Shown piece after piece: positions 40,570-50,963 of a DNA stretch of 64,000 nt. The DNA lies in the NCBI GenBank assembly GCA_964389525.1, contig CAYMEX010000005.1, positions 12,044 through 76,043 of the forward strand, given 5' to 3'. Each line of letters starts with the position of its first letter. Within the stretch, counting starts at the first letter, position 1. Below the pieces are notes generated by a model. That model searched no databases. It had not been told where the DNA came from and was given only the letters and a program-made list of their open reading frames with translations. Source of the DNA: an uncultured Muribaculaceae bacterium (GTDB lineage: Bacteria > Bacteroidota > Bacteroidia > Bacteroidales > Muribaculaceae). Made by a program: the position numbers and the translations under genes.

Positions 40570-41979
40570 ATGAAATTTCAGCTGAACAGATATCTTGCAG
40601 GAGCCGTTGCGGCTTTCTGCATTTCGCTTTGCGGATGTGGCGGCAGCGATGTGGCTGTCGATCCGCTGTCATCGGTCCCGGCCGACGCCGTGGCTGTCGC
40701 CAGAGCCGATTTCCGTACTCTTGCAAACGAGGCGGGATGTCCGGCCGAGGGCGGACGCTACACCCTCACTCCCGCGCTTGAGTCGGTGCTCGGCGCGTCC
40801 GACACCTCGACGCAGACGCTCGTGACGCTGCTGGCCGATCTCGCTCCCGAGACCGATCTGTCGTCGGTCTACTGGTATGTCCCGGCTACCGGATCGCAGC
40901 CGGTGGTAACGCTCATGGCCACCGACGGCGACGCGCTGCTGGCGCGTCTGGCCGACACGGCGGTAGCCTCGGTGAAGATCGCCGACTACAACGTCTACAC
41001 ATTTCCCGGAGCAAGCGCCGTGGTGCGCGACAGTCAGTTGTGGATCGCGCGTTCGGCCGATCTTGTCATCGACACCAACGACGCCGCTGCCGTCCGACCT
41101 TTCTCGGCCGACAAGGCCAAGACCGACGCGCTGAGTGCCGAGGCCGACATCGTGGCTGTGATCTCGGGCGTGCAGACCTCGATACCGGGGCTTGAGATAC
41201 CGGCCGACGCATTTGCTACGGCGAAACTGCGCTGTCTGCGCAGCGGCTTCAACCTGCAGCTGTCGCTGGCGGGCGCCGACGGAGCTCCGATATATGTCGG
41301 TTCCGACATGTCGGCTGTCGACCCCTCGTTTGCGTCGCTTATGCCGAAACAGACGGTCGCCTGTCTTGCTCTGGGCGCACTTGACTGGCATGAGGTATAT
41401 CCCTCGATAGTGGCCGGGCTTGGGCCGAATATGGGCGACACGGGCCGTATGGTCCTTTCGATGCTTCGTCCTTATATTGAGTCGATCGACGGCACGGTGG
41501 CTGTGGCGGTTGCTCCGGCTGCCGGCCTGCAGTCGCTCGGCAGTTTCGACCTCTCGTCGTGGGAGGTGTTTCTGTCGGCCGCGATGCCTCAGGACAAGCT
41601 CGACCAGTTCACGACACTCATATCGGCAATGGCTTCGATGAGCGACTTCCCCTGCAAGGACAATGGCGACGGCACGTACACGCTGTCGCTTCCCGGAGGG
41701 GTCAGCCTGACGGCCGGAAGCATCGACGGCAAGTTTGTTATCGCCAACTACGACCTCGCCGTATCGGGCGCGCAGTCGCTTGTGCCGCATCTCGACAGCC
41801 GCGTGCTGGCTCTTGATCTCGACATACCGTATGGCGGCGACCTCTCGCGCTCGCTCGGTCTGCCGTGGGGGCTTTCGGTCGATGCCGGAGTCGGTTCGGG
41901 TGTGTTCGACGCCACGGTCAGGCTCAACGGCATAAATACAACGCCGCTCAAGGCTTTCATCGAAGGTCTGGCAAAATGA
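40570..41979 (+). CDS. lipoprotein of unknown function (~469 aa)
   Basis: Signal peptide with lipobox (AAFCISLCGCGG) and an Ala/Ser/Asp-rich body. The ATG at 40570 is preferred over the GTG at 40558. Its stop overlaps the next start (ATGA). Confidence 0.7.
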   Translation: MKFQLNRYLAGAVAAFCISLCGCGGSDVAVDPLSSVPADAVAVARADFRTLANEAGCPAEGGRYTLTPALESVLGASDTSTQTLVTLLADLAPETDLSSVYWYVPATGSQPVVTLMATDGDALLARLADTAVASVKIADYNVYTFPGASAVVRDSQLWIARSADLVIDTNDAAAVRPFSADKAKTDALSAEADIVAVISGVQTSIPGLEIPADAFATAKLRCLRSGFNLQLSLAGADGAPIYVGSDMSAVDPSFASLMPKQTVACLALGALDWHEVYPSIVAGLGPNMGDTGRMVLSMLRPYIESIDGTVAVAVAPAAGLQSLGSFDLSSWEVFLSAAMPQDKLDQFTTLISAMASMSDFPCKDNGDGTYTLSLPGGVSLTAGSIDGKFVIANYDLAVSGAQSLVPHLDSRVLALDLDIPYGGDLSRSLGLPWGLSVDAGVGSGVFDATVRLNGINTTPLKAFIEGLAK

Positions 41980-42620
41980 ACAGCATAACCCTCGACAACA
42001 TTCTGCCGCTTGCGTTTGCGGTCGACACGTCTTCGCCGGGCGACATCTGGGGGCGGCGTGTCGTGCTTGCGCGTGGCTCCAGGGTGAGGGTCGAGGCGTC
42101 ATCGGGGTCGGGCAAGACCACGCTGTGTGCGTTTCTCACCGGCATGCGCTCCGATTTCTCGGGGCAGCTGCTTTTCGACGGTGTCTCATCGGCGTCGTTC
42201 TCATCGCGTCGGTGGAGCGATCTGCGCCGCGACACCATCGCGTGGCTCCCGCAGGAGATGGGGCTTTTCCCGCAGCTGACACTGAGGGAAAACATACTCC
42301 TCAAAAACTCACTGACGCGCCACCGCTCCGGCTCGTGGATCGCCGGGGCATGCGACCGGCTCGGCATAGGGGAGTGCCTCGACCGCCGCGTCACGCTCAT
42401 GTCGCTCGGACAGCAGCAGCGCGGAGCACTCGTCAGGGCTCTCTGTCAGCCGTTCGATCTCCTGCTACTCGACGAGCCGGTCAGTCACCTCGACGCCGCC
42501 TGCAACAGCGCCATGGTCGGTCTGGTCGATGAGGAGCTTTCGGCTTCGGGTGCCGGACTGATACTCACTTCTGTGGGTCAGCATCTCGACATTAATGTAG
42601 ATAAACAGCTCAGACTATGA
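41976..42620 (+). CDS. ABC transporter ATP-binding protein (214 aa)
   Basis: Walker A (SSGSGKTT), signature (LSLGQQQR) and Walker B (LLLLDEP). It has ATGA overlaps on both sides. Confidence 0.9.
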   Translation: MNSITLDNILPLAFAVDTSSPGDIWGRRVVLARGSRVRVEASSGSGKTTLCAFLTGMRSDFSGQLLFDGVSSASFSSRRWSDLRRDTIAWLPQEMGLFPQLTLRENILLKNSLTRHRSGSWIAGACDRLGIGECLDRRVTLMSLGQQQRGALVRALCQPFDLLLLDEPVSHLDAACNSAMVGLVDEELSASGAGLILTSVGQHLDINVDKQLRL

Positions 42621-43816
42621 CACACGCCGACGGTAAGAAAATACTGCGCCGACTGCTGCTGCGCGACGTGAGCGCTCCGCAGCTCGCGGTCTATGCCATC
42701 GGTGTCTATCTCGGTCTGCTCATACTCGCCGGAGCCATGCAGCTCTGGCGCGACTTCTCGACTCCCGTGCCGGGTGCCGACGGCGATCCGCTCGCTTCGG
42801 GCGGCTACGTGATCTTCTCGCCTCATGTCGAGGGGCTTGGCTTCGGCGCTCCTGCGGCAGTGGCCGACACGGTGCTCGACGCTCTGCGCCGGCAGCCCTG
42901 GGCCGTCATGGCCGACCGTTTCACTGCCTCCGACTTTTCGGTGGCCGCCTCGGTCGACATGGGCGGAGGCGACGTGCTCGCTACGGCATTGTTCTTCGAG
43001 TCGGTGCCCGATGACTATCTGCATCCGTTGCCCGCGGGGTGGACGTTTGATCCGGCCGACCCGTCGGCGGTGATACCCGTCATCGTTCCCCGCGACTACC
43101 TCGCGCTTTACAACTTCGGCTTCGCGCCCTCGCGCGGTCTGCCGTCGCTCGGCGAGGAGGTGATCATGCAGATACCGCTCTCGGTGTCGGTGGCCGGGCG
43201 CGGCCGCCGCTGCGATTTCCCGGCCCGCATAGCCGGATTCTCCACACGCGTCAACACCATTGTGGTGCCTGAGTCGTTTCTCTCCTGGGCCAACGACACA
43301 TATGGCGGCGGTGAGGCAAAGGGGGCGTCGCGCCTCATAGCGCGCGTCACGACCGATGCCTCCGATCCTGCGGTCAGGGCTTTTGCTGCCTCGCACTCTC
43401 TCGACATATCGGGCGACGACGGCGATGTGTCGCCCTCGCGCATACTTGCCGTGATCCTCTCTGTCGTCATGGGCGTCGGCGTGCTGCTGTGCGTCCTCTC
43501 GGTGGTCGTGCTCACGGTGAGCCTCTTTCTGCTGCTCTACAAGAGCCGCGAGGTCATTGTGCGGCTCATCGCGTTAGGGTTCAGGCAGCGCACGGTCGTG
43601 GCGACATACTCGCTGCTGTTTGCCGCGGTCAACTCGGTGGTGTTCGTCGCGTGTGCGGCCACGCTTGCAGCCGGTCACCGCGTCATCTCGCCCCTCCTTG
43701 CGGGGGCTGCCGTGGGTGAGGCCCCGCTTCTCCCCACCGTCGCCGCCTCACTGCTTCTGATGATTCTTATCCAGTCACTGGGTATGGCTATAATAAACAT
43801 GAAAACAAGAATTTGA
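42617..43816 (+). CDS. FtsX/MacB-type (type VII) ABC permease
   Basis: Topology is TM1, an extracytoplasmic domain of about 230 aa, then three C-terminal TMs, which is the FtsX-family architecture. Confidence 0.75.
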   Translation: MTHADGKKILRRLLLRDVSAPQLAVYAIGVYLGLLILAGAMQLWRDFSTPVPGADGDPLASGGYVIFSPHVEGLGFGAPAAVADTVLDALRRQPWAVMADRFTASDFSVAASVDMGGGDVLATALFFESVPDDYLHPLPAGWTFDPADPSAVIPVIVPRDYLALYNFGFAPSRGLPSLGEEVIMQIPLSVSVAGRGRRCDFPARIAGFSTRVNTIVVPESFLSWANDTYGGGEAKGASRLIARVTTDASDPAVRAFAASHSLDISGDDGDVSPSRILAVILSVVMGVGVLLCVLSVVVLTVSLFLLLYKSREVIVRLIALGFRQRTVVATYSLLFAAVNSVVFVACAATLAAGHRVISPLLAGAAVGEAPLLPTVAASLLLMILIQSLGMAIINMKTRI

Positions 43817-43818
43817 AA

Positions 43819-44550
43819 ATGCGCAAGATCTTACTGGCATCGATAGCCCTTTTCACAGCACTCTCTCTCTCGGCGCTGAAGCCCGACAGTGACAACAAGA
43901 AGACTTCACCCGAGGCTCCCGACCTCGAGAAGATCAGAGCGGATGTAAACAATCCTGATTCGCGTTATTATTACCCGGAGCTGATGAAACGCTACGAGGT
44001 GTACGACACCACGCGGCTTACTCTCGACGACTACCGTCACCTCTATCTCGGCGCGATGTATCAGGAGGACTACAACCCCTACCGCAAGTCGGAATACCGC
44101 GACCGCATACAGGAGCTGTATTACCGTCCCGGCCACTCGCGCACCGAGCTTGACTCCATCATCGCCTACGCCGAGCTGTCGCTGGCCGACGATCCGTTTG
44201 ACCTTGAGCAGATAAACTATCTGATCTACGCGCTAAAGGGGCGCGGCAAGCTCAACAAGGCCGCTATATGGCAGTATCGACTCAATCATCTCCTGCAGGC
44301 AATCGTGTCGACCGGAACCGGCCTCGACGAGGAGAATGCGTGGTATGTCATAAATCCCCGTCACGAGTACAATATCGTCAACTTCCAGAACCGTGTCGTC
44401 GAGGCGCAGGAGTTCAAGGAGCCATATTACGAGTACATAAAACTGGTGCCGCTCGCCGATCAGTCGGCAAAGACCGGTGCCGAGGGCTACTATTTCAACA
44501 TACGCCCGTTGCTTGAGGAGTATTACCGGAAGTACCCCGAGCAATTATAG
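43819..44550 (+). CDS. secreted/lipoprotein-like helical protein (DUF4919-like from memory; uncertain)
   Basis: Signal peptide MRKILLASIALFTALSLSA and a Tyr-rich helical body. It starts 2 nt after the permease stop. Confidence 0.6.
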   Translation: MRKILLASIALFTALSLSALKPDSDNKKTSPEAPDLEKIRADVNNPDSRYYYPELMKRYEVYDTTRLTLDDYRHLYLGAMYQEDYNPYRKSEYRDRIQELYYRPGHSRTELDSIIAYAELSLADDPFDLEQINYLIYALKGRGKLNKAAIWQYRLNHLLQAIVSTGTGLDEENAWYVINPRHEYNIVNFQNRVVEAQEFKEPYYEYIKLVPLADQSAKTGAEGYYFNIRPLLEEYYRKYPEQL

Positions 44551-44576
44551 CGATCGGATGTCTCGCTTTTCTTTCC

Positions 44577-44694
44577 ATCGCTCTTCTTTTCATCGAATAT
44601 TTGTATATTTGATTCAAAGAAGTGGCTGACGCCAACGCGACCCGGGCAAATGCCCGACAATCGCTCTTCTTTTCATCGAATATTTGTATATTTG
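44577..44694 (+). promoter_or_regulatory. duplicated promoter-like module: perfect 35-bp direct repeat (44577-44611 and 44660-44694) upstream of serC
   Basis: ATCGCTCTTCTTTTCATCGAATATTTGTATATTTG occurs twice with an 83-bp period. Each copy ends in the -7 box TATATTTG. Confidence 0.55.
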
Positions 44695-44768
44695 TGATGG
44701 CCTCACACTACCGCAGAGGCGGAAAACGGGTCGGAAAAACAGGATAACTCATCAATCTTCTTTATGAT

Positions 44769-45839
44769 ATGAAAAAACATAATTTCTACGCAGGTCCGTC
44801 GATCCTCAGCCAGTACACCATCGAGAACACTGCTGAGGCGATCCGTAACTTCGCCGGTACAGGGCTTTCGATCCTCGAGGTGTCGCACCGCAGCAAGGAG
44901 TTTCAGGCCGTCATAGACGAGGCTGACGCTCTGGTCAAGGAGCTTCTTGAGATCCCCGAGGGATATCACGTGCTCTTCCTCGGAGGTGGCGCGAGCCTTG
45001 AGTTCGCCATGGTGCCCATGAACCTTCTCGCTAAGAAGGCCGCATACATCGACACCGGTGTGTGGGCTCACAAGGCTATCAAAGAGGCAAAACTCTTCGG
45101 CGAGGTAGAGGTTGTGGCTTCGTCAAAAGACGACAACTACACCTACATCCCCAAGAACTACACCATACCGGCCGACGCCGACTATTTCCACTATACATCC
45201 AACAACACCATCTACGGCACCGAGACGCGCTTCGATCCCGTTAGCCCCGTGCCTCTGGTGTGCGACATGTCGAGCGACATCTTCTCGCGTCCGTTCGACG
45301 TCAGCAAGTACGACCTAATCTATGCCGGAGCGCAGAAAAACCTCGCTCCCGCAGGCGTGACCATCGTCATCGTCAAGGAGAGCGCCCTCGGCAAGGTTGC
45401 CCGCGCCATACCCACCATGCTCGACTACCGCACGCACATCGCCAAGGGCTCGATGTTCAACACGCCTCCCGTGCTCCCCATCTTCTCGGCGCTGCAGACC
45501 CTGCGCTACTACAAGCAGCTCGGCGGAGTCGCCGCAATCGAGAAAGTCGATCTGGCAAAGGCCGAGAAGCTCTACAACGCCATCGACGACAGCAAGATGT
45601 TTGTCGGCACCGTCAAGGCTCACGAAGACCGTTCGATCATGAACGTATGCTTTGTCATGAAGCCCGAATACAAGGATCTTGAGAAAGACTTTATCGCATT
45701 CGCCACTGAGCGCGGCATGGTCGGCATCAAGGGACACCGCGACGTGGGCGGATTCCGTGCGTCGCTCTACAACGCGCTCCCCATGGAGAGCGTCGACGCC
45801 CTCGTGGCTTGCATGAAGGAGTTTGAAAACAAACACTGA
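44769..45839 (+). CDS. serC: 3-phosphoserine/phosphohydroxythreonine aminotransferase
   Basis: [16 protein letters not shown]-terminus, the PLP-Lys region ([12 protein letters not shown]) and a length typical of SerC. Confidence 0.95.
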   Translation: MKKHNFYAGPSILSQYTIENTAEAIRNFAGTGLSILEVSHRSKEFQAVIDEADALVKELLEIPEGYHVLFLGGGASLEFAMVPMNLLAKKAAYIDTGVWAHKAIKEAKLFGEVEVVASSKDDNYTYIPKNYTIPADADYFHYTSNNTIYGTETRFDPVSPVPLVCDMSSDIFSRPFDVSKYDLIYAGAQKNLAPAGVTIVIVKESALGKVARAIPTMLDYRTHIAKGSMFNTPPVLPIFSALQTLRYYKQLGGVAAIEKVDLAKAEKLYNAIDDSKMFVGTVKAHEDRSIMNVCFVMKPEYKDLEKDFIAFATERGMVGIKGHRDVGGFRASLYNALPMESVDALVACMKEFENKH

Positions 45840-45849
45840 TCTGCGCGCC

Positions 45850-46770
45850 ATGGAGATACTCGTTGCTACAGAGAAACCCTTTGCAGCGGTAGCTGTCGAG
45901 GGGATAAAGAAAGTGGCTCAGGAAGCCGGTCACACCGTGAAGCTTCTTGAGAAATACGCTTCAAAAGAAGATCTGCTGAAGGCGGTGGCTACGGCCGACG
46001 CGCTCATCGTGCGCAGCGACAAGGTCGATGCCGAGGTGCTCGCAGCCGCTCCCGCCCTGAAGATCGTGGTGCGTGCTGGTGCAGGCTACGACAATGTTGA
46101 CCTCGCTGCAGCCAAGGAGCGCGGCGTGGTGGTTGAGAACACTCCCGGCCAGAACTCCAACGCCGTGGCCGAGCTCGTTTTCGGCATGACGGTCATGGCC
46201 GCACGCAACATGTATGACGGCACATCGGGGTCCGAGCTTAAAGACAAGACGCTCGGCATTCACGCCTTCGGTCAGGTAGGCCGCAATGTCGCCCGCATAG
46301 CCAAGGGCTTCGGCATGGAGGTGAGCGCCCTCGATCCCTATTGCCCCGCAGAGGTCATCGAGGCCGCCGGAGTGAAGCCTGTCACCGATATACGTGAGCT
46401 CTACAGCGGCAATAAAGTTGTTTCGCTCCACATCCCCGCCACGGCCGAGACACGCGGTTCGGTTGGCTACGACCTTGTCACCCTCATGCCCAAGGGAGGC
46501 ATCCTTGTCAACACCGCCCGCAAGGAGGTGATCGACGAGGAGGGACTTGCCAGGGCACTGCGCGAGCGCACCGACCTGAAGTATGTGGCCGATGTGCGTC
46601 CCGACACCGCCGCCGCCATGGAGGAGGAGTTCAAGGGTCGCGTCTTCTTCACTCCCAAGAAGATGGGCGCACAGACCTCTGAGGCCAACATCAACGCCGG
46701 CATAGCGGCCGCCCGCCAGATAGTGAGCTACTTCGCCGACGGCGACACCCGCTTCCAGGTGAACAGATAA
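45850..46770 (+). CDS. serA: D-3-phosphoglycerate dehydrogenase (2-hydroxyacid dehydrogenase family)
   Basis: NAD-binding motif GIHAFGQVGRNVA, and it is adjacent to serC. The ATG at 45850 is preferred over the TTG at 45823. Confidence 0.8.
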   Translation: MEILVATEKPFAAVAVEGIKKVAQEAGHTVKLLEKYASKEDLLKAVATADALIVRSDKVDAEVLAAAPALKIVVRAGAGYDNVDLAAAKERGVVVENTPGQNSNAVAELVFGMTVMAARNMYDGTSGSELKDKTLGIHAFGQVGRNVARIAKGFGMEVSALDPYCPAEVIEAAGVKPVTDIRELYSGNKVVSLHIPATAETRGSVGYDLVTLMPKGGILVNTARKEVIDEEGLARALRERTDLKYVADVRPDTAAAMEEEFKGRVFFTPKKMGAQTSEANINAGIAAARQIVSYFADGDTRFQVNR

Positions 46771-46842
46771 GAAAATTTCCGAGGCATGGGCGGCTTGGTT
46801 GTCGCCCATGTCGCTAATCATAAATCACGACAGTTATCACAT

Positions 46843-47535
46843 ATGCGCATAGACTTCCTGACAGTTTTACCTGAAATGTTTGAATCACCGCTTGCGTGCT
46901 CTATCATGAAGCGTGCCGAGCAGAAGGGACTGGTTGAGTATCATGTGCATAATCTCAGAGACTATACGACCGACAAGCACCGCAAGGTCGACGACTATCC
47001 CTTTGGCGGAGAGGCCGGCATGGTGATGAAGGTCGAGCCGGTAGACCGCTGTATCACGGCTCTCAAGGCCGAGCGCGACTACGATGAGATCATCTACACT
47101 TCGCCCGACGGCGAGCTCTTGTCGCAGCATATGGCAAACTCCATGTCGATGCTCGGCAACATCATCATACTCTGCGGACACTACAAGGGCATCGATCACC
47201 GCATACGCGAGCATCTTGTCACGCGCGAGATCTCGATAGGCGATTATGTGCTCACCGGGGGCGAGCTTCCGTCGCTGGTGATAGCCGACGCCATCGTGCG
47301 CCTTATTCCCGGAGCGATAGGCGATGAGCAGAGCGCTCTTTCCGACTCGTTTCAGGACGACATACTGTCGGCGCCCGTCTACTCGCGTCCGGCCGTCTAC
47401 AACGGATGGGAAGTCCCGCCGATACTCCTATCGGGGCATGAGGCGAAAATAGCCGAGTGGCGTCACGAACAGTCGCTTGAGCGCACGCGTCTGTTGCGTC
47501 CGCATCTGCTCGATAAACTCAACGCCGATGATTGA
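46843..47535 (+). CDS. trmD: tRNA (guanine37-N1)-methyltransferase
   Basis: [16 protein letters not shown]-terminus and the DDYPFGGGAGMVMK-like motif ([14 protein letters not shown]). Confidence 0.95.
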   Translation: MRIDFLTVLPEMFESPLACSIMKRAEQKGLVEYHVHNLRDYTTDKHRKVDDYPFGGEAGMVMKVEPVDRCITALKAERDYDEIIYTSPDGELLSQHMANSMSMLGNIIILCGHYKGIDHRIREHLVTREISIGDYVLTGGELPSLVIADAIVRLIPGAIGDEQSALSDSFQDDILSAPVYSRPAVYNGWEVPPILLSGHEAKIAEWRHEQSLERTRLLRPHLLDKLNADD

Positions 47536-48235
47536 TCCTGTTCTATATCTCATACCTGTGCCGCTATCTGACGCGACACGTCCCGCCGAGGTTCTGCCCC
47601 GGCAGGTGCTCGACGTGGTCGGGCAACTGCGCTGGTTTGCGGTCGAGAACGTGCGCAGCGCGCGCCGTTTCATAAAGAGTGTCGACCATGGCGCCGACAT
47701 ATCGGCCATGCACTTCGACGTGCTCGACGAGCACACAGCGCCAGCCGACGTCCCGGCGATGCTCGAGCCGTTGCGGCAGGGCAATCCCATGGGTGTGATC
47801 TCCGAGGCCGGATGCCCTGGTGTCGCCGATCCCGGCGCGCTTCTTGTCGAAGCCGCCCGACGTGAGAATCTCGATGTGCGCCCGCTTGTGGGACCCTCGA
47901 GCATACTGCTCGGCCTCATGGCCTCGGGCTTCAACGGACAGAATTTCGCTTTCTCGGGCTATCTGCCCATCGAGCCGGCGGCGCGCAAACGCCGTTTCCG
48001 GCAGATCATCGAGCGCATACGCAACGAGCGTCAGACCCAGATATTCATAGAGACCCCCTACCGCAACAACCGTCTCATCGCCGAGCTGGCAGCCACGCTT
48101 CCCGGCGAGTTGCGCCTCTGTGTGGCGTGCGACCTCACGGCTCCCACGCAGGATGTCAGGCTGATGACTCTCGCCGCATGGCGCAACGCGAAATACGATT
48201 TTTCAAAACGACCCGCTATATTCCTGCTGAGCTGA
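47528..48235 (+). CDS. SAM-dependent methyltransferase, tetrapyrrole-methylase fold (RsmI/YraL-like)
   Basis: LYLIPVPL N-terminus and [12 protein letters not shown] motif. It overlaps the trmD stop by 8 nt. Confidence 0.75.
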   Translation: MIDPVLYLIPVPLSDATRPAEVLPRQVLDVVGQLRWFAVENVRSARRFIKSVDHGADISAMHFDVLDEHTAPADVPAMLEPLRQGNPMGVISEAGCPGVADPGALLVEAARRENLDVRPLVGPSSILLGLMASGFNGQNFAFSGYLPIEPAARKRRFRQIIERIRNERQTQIFIETPYRNNRLIAELAATLPGELRLCVACDLTAPTQDVRLMTLAAWRNAKYDFSKRPAIFLLS

Positions 48236-48240
48236 CGACT

Positions 48241-49278
48241 ATGGCACGCAACAGACGCCGATTTGATACATACCGCCAGCCGGGACTTTTTGATAAGGTT
48301 CCGGCCGAACCGGCTGTTGTGAGCGATGAGCCTCAGCCGGTGGTGACAGGCGGAGTGATGCCCTCAATGGTGCCTCCTCCGCCTTTGTCTGAGTCGCCTC
48401 TCGGCGAGCTTGCACGTCCCAACAGTGTGAGCCGTCTGAAATTCATCTCATTCGGGAGCGGAAGCAGCGGCAACTGTGCCTATATCGGCGATGACCGCTC
48501 GGGCATTCTCATAGACGCCGGAGTCGATACGGCCCACGTCGCGGGCGAGCTGCGCCGCCAGGGCATCTCGATGGATAAGGTGAGAGGCATAATACTCACC
48601 CACGACCACGGCGACCACACGCGCTTTGCCTATAATATCCTGCGCAACAACCGTCATATGGCTCTGTATGCCACGCCGCGTGCATTCAACGGCATGCTGC
48701 GCCGCCACAGCGTGTCGCGCCGCATCAAGGACTTCCATCAGCCGGTCTACAAGGAGATCGCCTTTCACATCGACAACTTCTCGATAATACCTTTCGAGGT
48801 CATGCACGACGGCACCGACAATGTCGGCTTTTTCATCTCAGCCGCCGGCGGCACCTTCAGGTTTGTGATAGCCACCGATCTCGGCATGATCTCTGAGCGC
48901 GCGCATTTCTATATGTCGCAGGCTACCGCGCTGATGCTCGAGAGCAACTACGATGCGGTGATGCTGCGCGACGGACATTATCCGGAATATCTAAAGGCAC
49001 GCATCATGGCCGACAACGGCCATCTCGACAATGCGGCAGCCGCCGCGTGGCTGCGTGAGAACTACACGCCGCAGCTGCGCCACATTTTCCTCTGTCACCT
49101 CTCACACGACAACAATACGCCCGAGATCGCGCTCTCGTCGGCGCGTCAGGCGCTGCTCGACGCGGGAGCCGCATCGGTCGGCGACGGGACTATGTCGCTT
49201 GAGTCGCGTCAGGCGCCGGTGCAGCTCGTGGCATTGCCGCGCTTCGATCCGTCGCCCATGTATGTCATCAGATACTGA
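48241..49278 (+). CDS. MBL-fold metallo-hydrolase
   Basis: GSGSSGNCAYI and ILTHDHGDHT (HxHxDH). Confidence 0.85.
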   Translation: MARNRRRFDTYRQPGLFDKVPAEPAVVSDEPQPVVTGGVMPSMVPPPPLSESPLGELARPNSVSRLKFISFGSGSSGNCAYIGDDRSGILIDAGVDTAHVAGELRRQGISMDKVRGIILTHDHGDHTRFAYNILRNNRHMALYATPRAFNGMLRRHSVSRRIKDFHQPVYKEIAFHIDNFSIIPFEVMHDGTDNVGFFISAAGGTFRFVIATDLGMISERAHFYMSQATALMLESNYDAVMLRDGHYPEYLKARIMADNGHLDNAAAAAWLRENYTPQLRHIFLCHLSHDNNTPEIALSSARQALLDAGAASVGDGTMSLESRQAPVQLVALPRFDPSPMYVIRY

Positions 49279-49301
49279 TAAACTCAAAATAGCTCGACAC
49301 G

Positions 49302-49727
49302 ATGAAAATACTTATTATCAACGGTCCCAACCTCAATCTTCTGGGTGTGCGTGAGCCTGGCGTCTACGGCAATATCTCGATGGATGACTATCTCGAGGCC
49401 TTGTGTGCCGATTATCACGATATTGAGATAGAGTATTTTCAGAGCAACCATGAGGGAGAGATCATCGACCGGTTGCACGAGGTAGGTTTCGACATGGAGT
49501 ATAAAGGGGTGGCGCTTAATGCTGGAGCCTACACCCACACTTCGCTTGCGATTGCCGATGCGATCCGTGCCATTGAGCTTCCTGTCGTCGAGGTGCACAT
49601 CTCCAACGTGCATTCGCGTGAGGAGATACGCCACCGTTCACTCATCGCTCCGGCCTGCAAGGGGGTGATTGCCGGTTTCGGCCTCGATTCATATCGCCTT
49701 GCCGTCGAGGCTCTCAAGGAGCTGTAA
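49302..49727 (+). CDS. aroQ: type II 3-dehydroquinate dehydratase
   Basis: MKILIINGPNLNLLGVREPGVYG and INAGAYTHTS motifs. Confidence 0.95.
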   Translation: MKILIINGPNLNLLGVREPGVYGNISMDDYLEALCADYHDIEIEYFQSNHEGEIIDRLHEVGFDMEYKGVALNAGAYTHTSLAIADAIRAIELPVVEVHISNVHSREEIRHRSLIAPACKGVIAGFGLDSYRLAVEALKEL

Positions 49728-50930
49728 GTAGCATCGGCCGATAGCTTTTGCGTCAAATTTTTCGACTGAGAGTCTGAGGCTTTGAGCCTTGGGCGCTGAG
49801 TCGCTGAGCGCCCATGCGAGAGCTTCGGCTATCGCGTGGCTGTCGCCCGGTGCTACGAGGCGTCCGTTCACGCCGTCGTCGATTATGTCGCGCTGTCCGC
49901 CGCTGTCGGTGGCCACGGCCACGCAGCCGCTGGCAAGTCCCTCGACGATCGTTGTGGGCAGCATCTCGAAGCGCGATGTCGACAATATCACTTTCGCCTG
50001 ACCCATCAATGCCCTGACTTCTGTCTCATTCAGCGGGCCGAGCCATCGGTGTGGCATTCTGAGCCGGTCAAGCGCGCGGCTGTCGCGCAGACCGCCGAAA
50101 AAGACCGCTTCTGCGTCGCGTGCCTGTCCGCTGTCGTGAAGCAGGTTGAGTGCCTCGACGGCAAGAGGCAGGTTTTTCACGTCGTCGTCGAGCCGCGCCG
50201 CTCCCATCGCTATCATGGGTTTTCGGTCGGCGTCGTTAATGCTGTCGGGTGCCGGCAGTGCTATCGGGTTGGGTATTACGTCTATTTCTCTGCCTTCGAG
50301 CAGTGCGCTCTCTTTGGCGCGGTTGGCAAGCCACGAGCTCACGGCCACAAATCTAAGATGAGGAAACCGGCTGTATAGTGCCGATTTACGGTTCCATACA
50401 CGGCGCGACAAGTCGTGGCTCCATGCCATGCCGTGAAGCATCGGGCAGTTACCGCAGTGCGTGTCTCCGCTCCATCGGCGGCAGTCGCCCGGCAGATGGC
50501 ATATCCCGGTCATGGCCCACTGGTCGTGCATGACCATCAGTGTCGGCTTGCCAAGCGTGCATATTTGCCCGATTTCGGCAAGAGAGAGAAATCCCTGACA
50601 AGTCCACCCTATGATGATTGCGTCGGCTTCAGCGACGAAAGGATGCGATTTTACGGCCACTCCTGTCGATGCCGTCGACACCTTCCAGAGGTCGCGGCGG
50701 TTTAATGAGTTTTGCAGGAATATTTCGCCTCGCTCGGCTATAAAAGGCAGGAGACGGCTCCGGCTGTCGCCGGAAACCGTCTCTACAAAATCATTATTGG
50801 CATTGATGTCTTTGCGCAGCACTATCATGCGTGCGTCGTGGCCGAGGTCGCGCAGGGCCTCGGTGATGCGCCGGGTCACTATGGCGGCGCCTCCGGCCGA
50901 CTCAGAGGTCGACAGCAGTGCTATGCGCAT
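49689..50930 (-). CDS. glycosyltransferase family 4
   Basis: MRIALLSTSESAGGAAIV N-terminus and a GT-B C-terminal E-x7-E-like region (FEMLPTTIVEGLASG). Confidence 0.8.
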   Translation of the reverse strand: MRIALLSTSESAGGAAIVTRRITEALRDLGHDARMIVLRKDINANNDFVETVSGDSRSRLLPFIAERGEIFLQNSLNRRDLWKVSTASTGVAVKSHPFVAEADAIIIGWTCQGFLSLAEIGQICTLGKPTLMVMHDQWAMTGICHLPGDCRRWSGDTHCGNCPMLHGMAWSHDLSRRVWNRKSALYSRFPHLRFVAVSSWLANRAKESALLEGREIDVIPNPIALPAPDSINDADRKPMIAMGAARLDDDVKNLPLAVEALNLLHDSGQARDAEAVFFGGLRDSRALDRLRMPHRWLGPLNETEVRALMGQAKVILSTSRFEMLPTTIVEGLASGCVAVATDSGGQRDIIDDGVNGRLVAPGDSHAIAEALAWALSDSAPKAQSLRLSVEKFDAKAIGRCYLQLLESLDGKAI

Positions 50931-50963
50931 CGGTCGGTGCGTGTGTGTGGGGGTGAAGGGTGC

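Noticed and set aside
40669-42102. 477-aa minus-strand ORF
   Set aside because: It is antisense to the lipoprotein/ABC operon, whose ABC motifs fix the coding strand. It is extremely Arg-rich.
49689-49727. 39-bp convergent overlap of the aroQ and GT4 3' ends, considered as a possible frameshift or mis-call
   Set aside because: Both C-termini read plausibly and no alternative stop gives a better model. It is treated as a genuine short convergent overlap of low interest.
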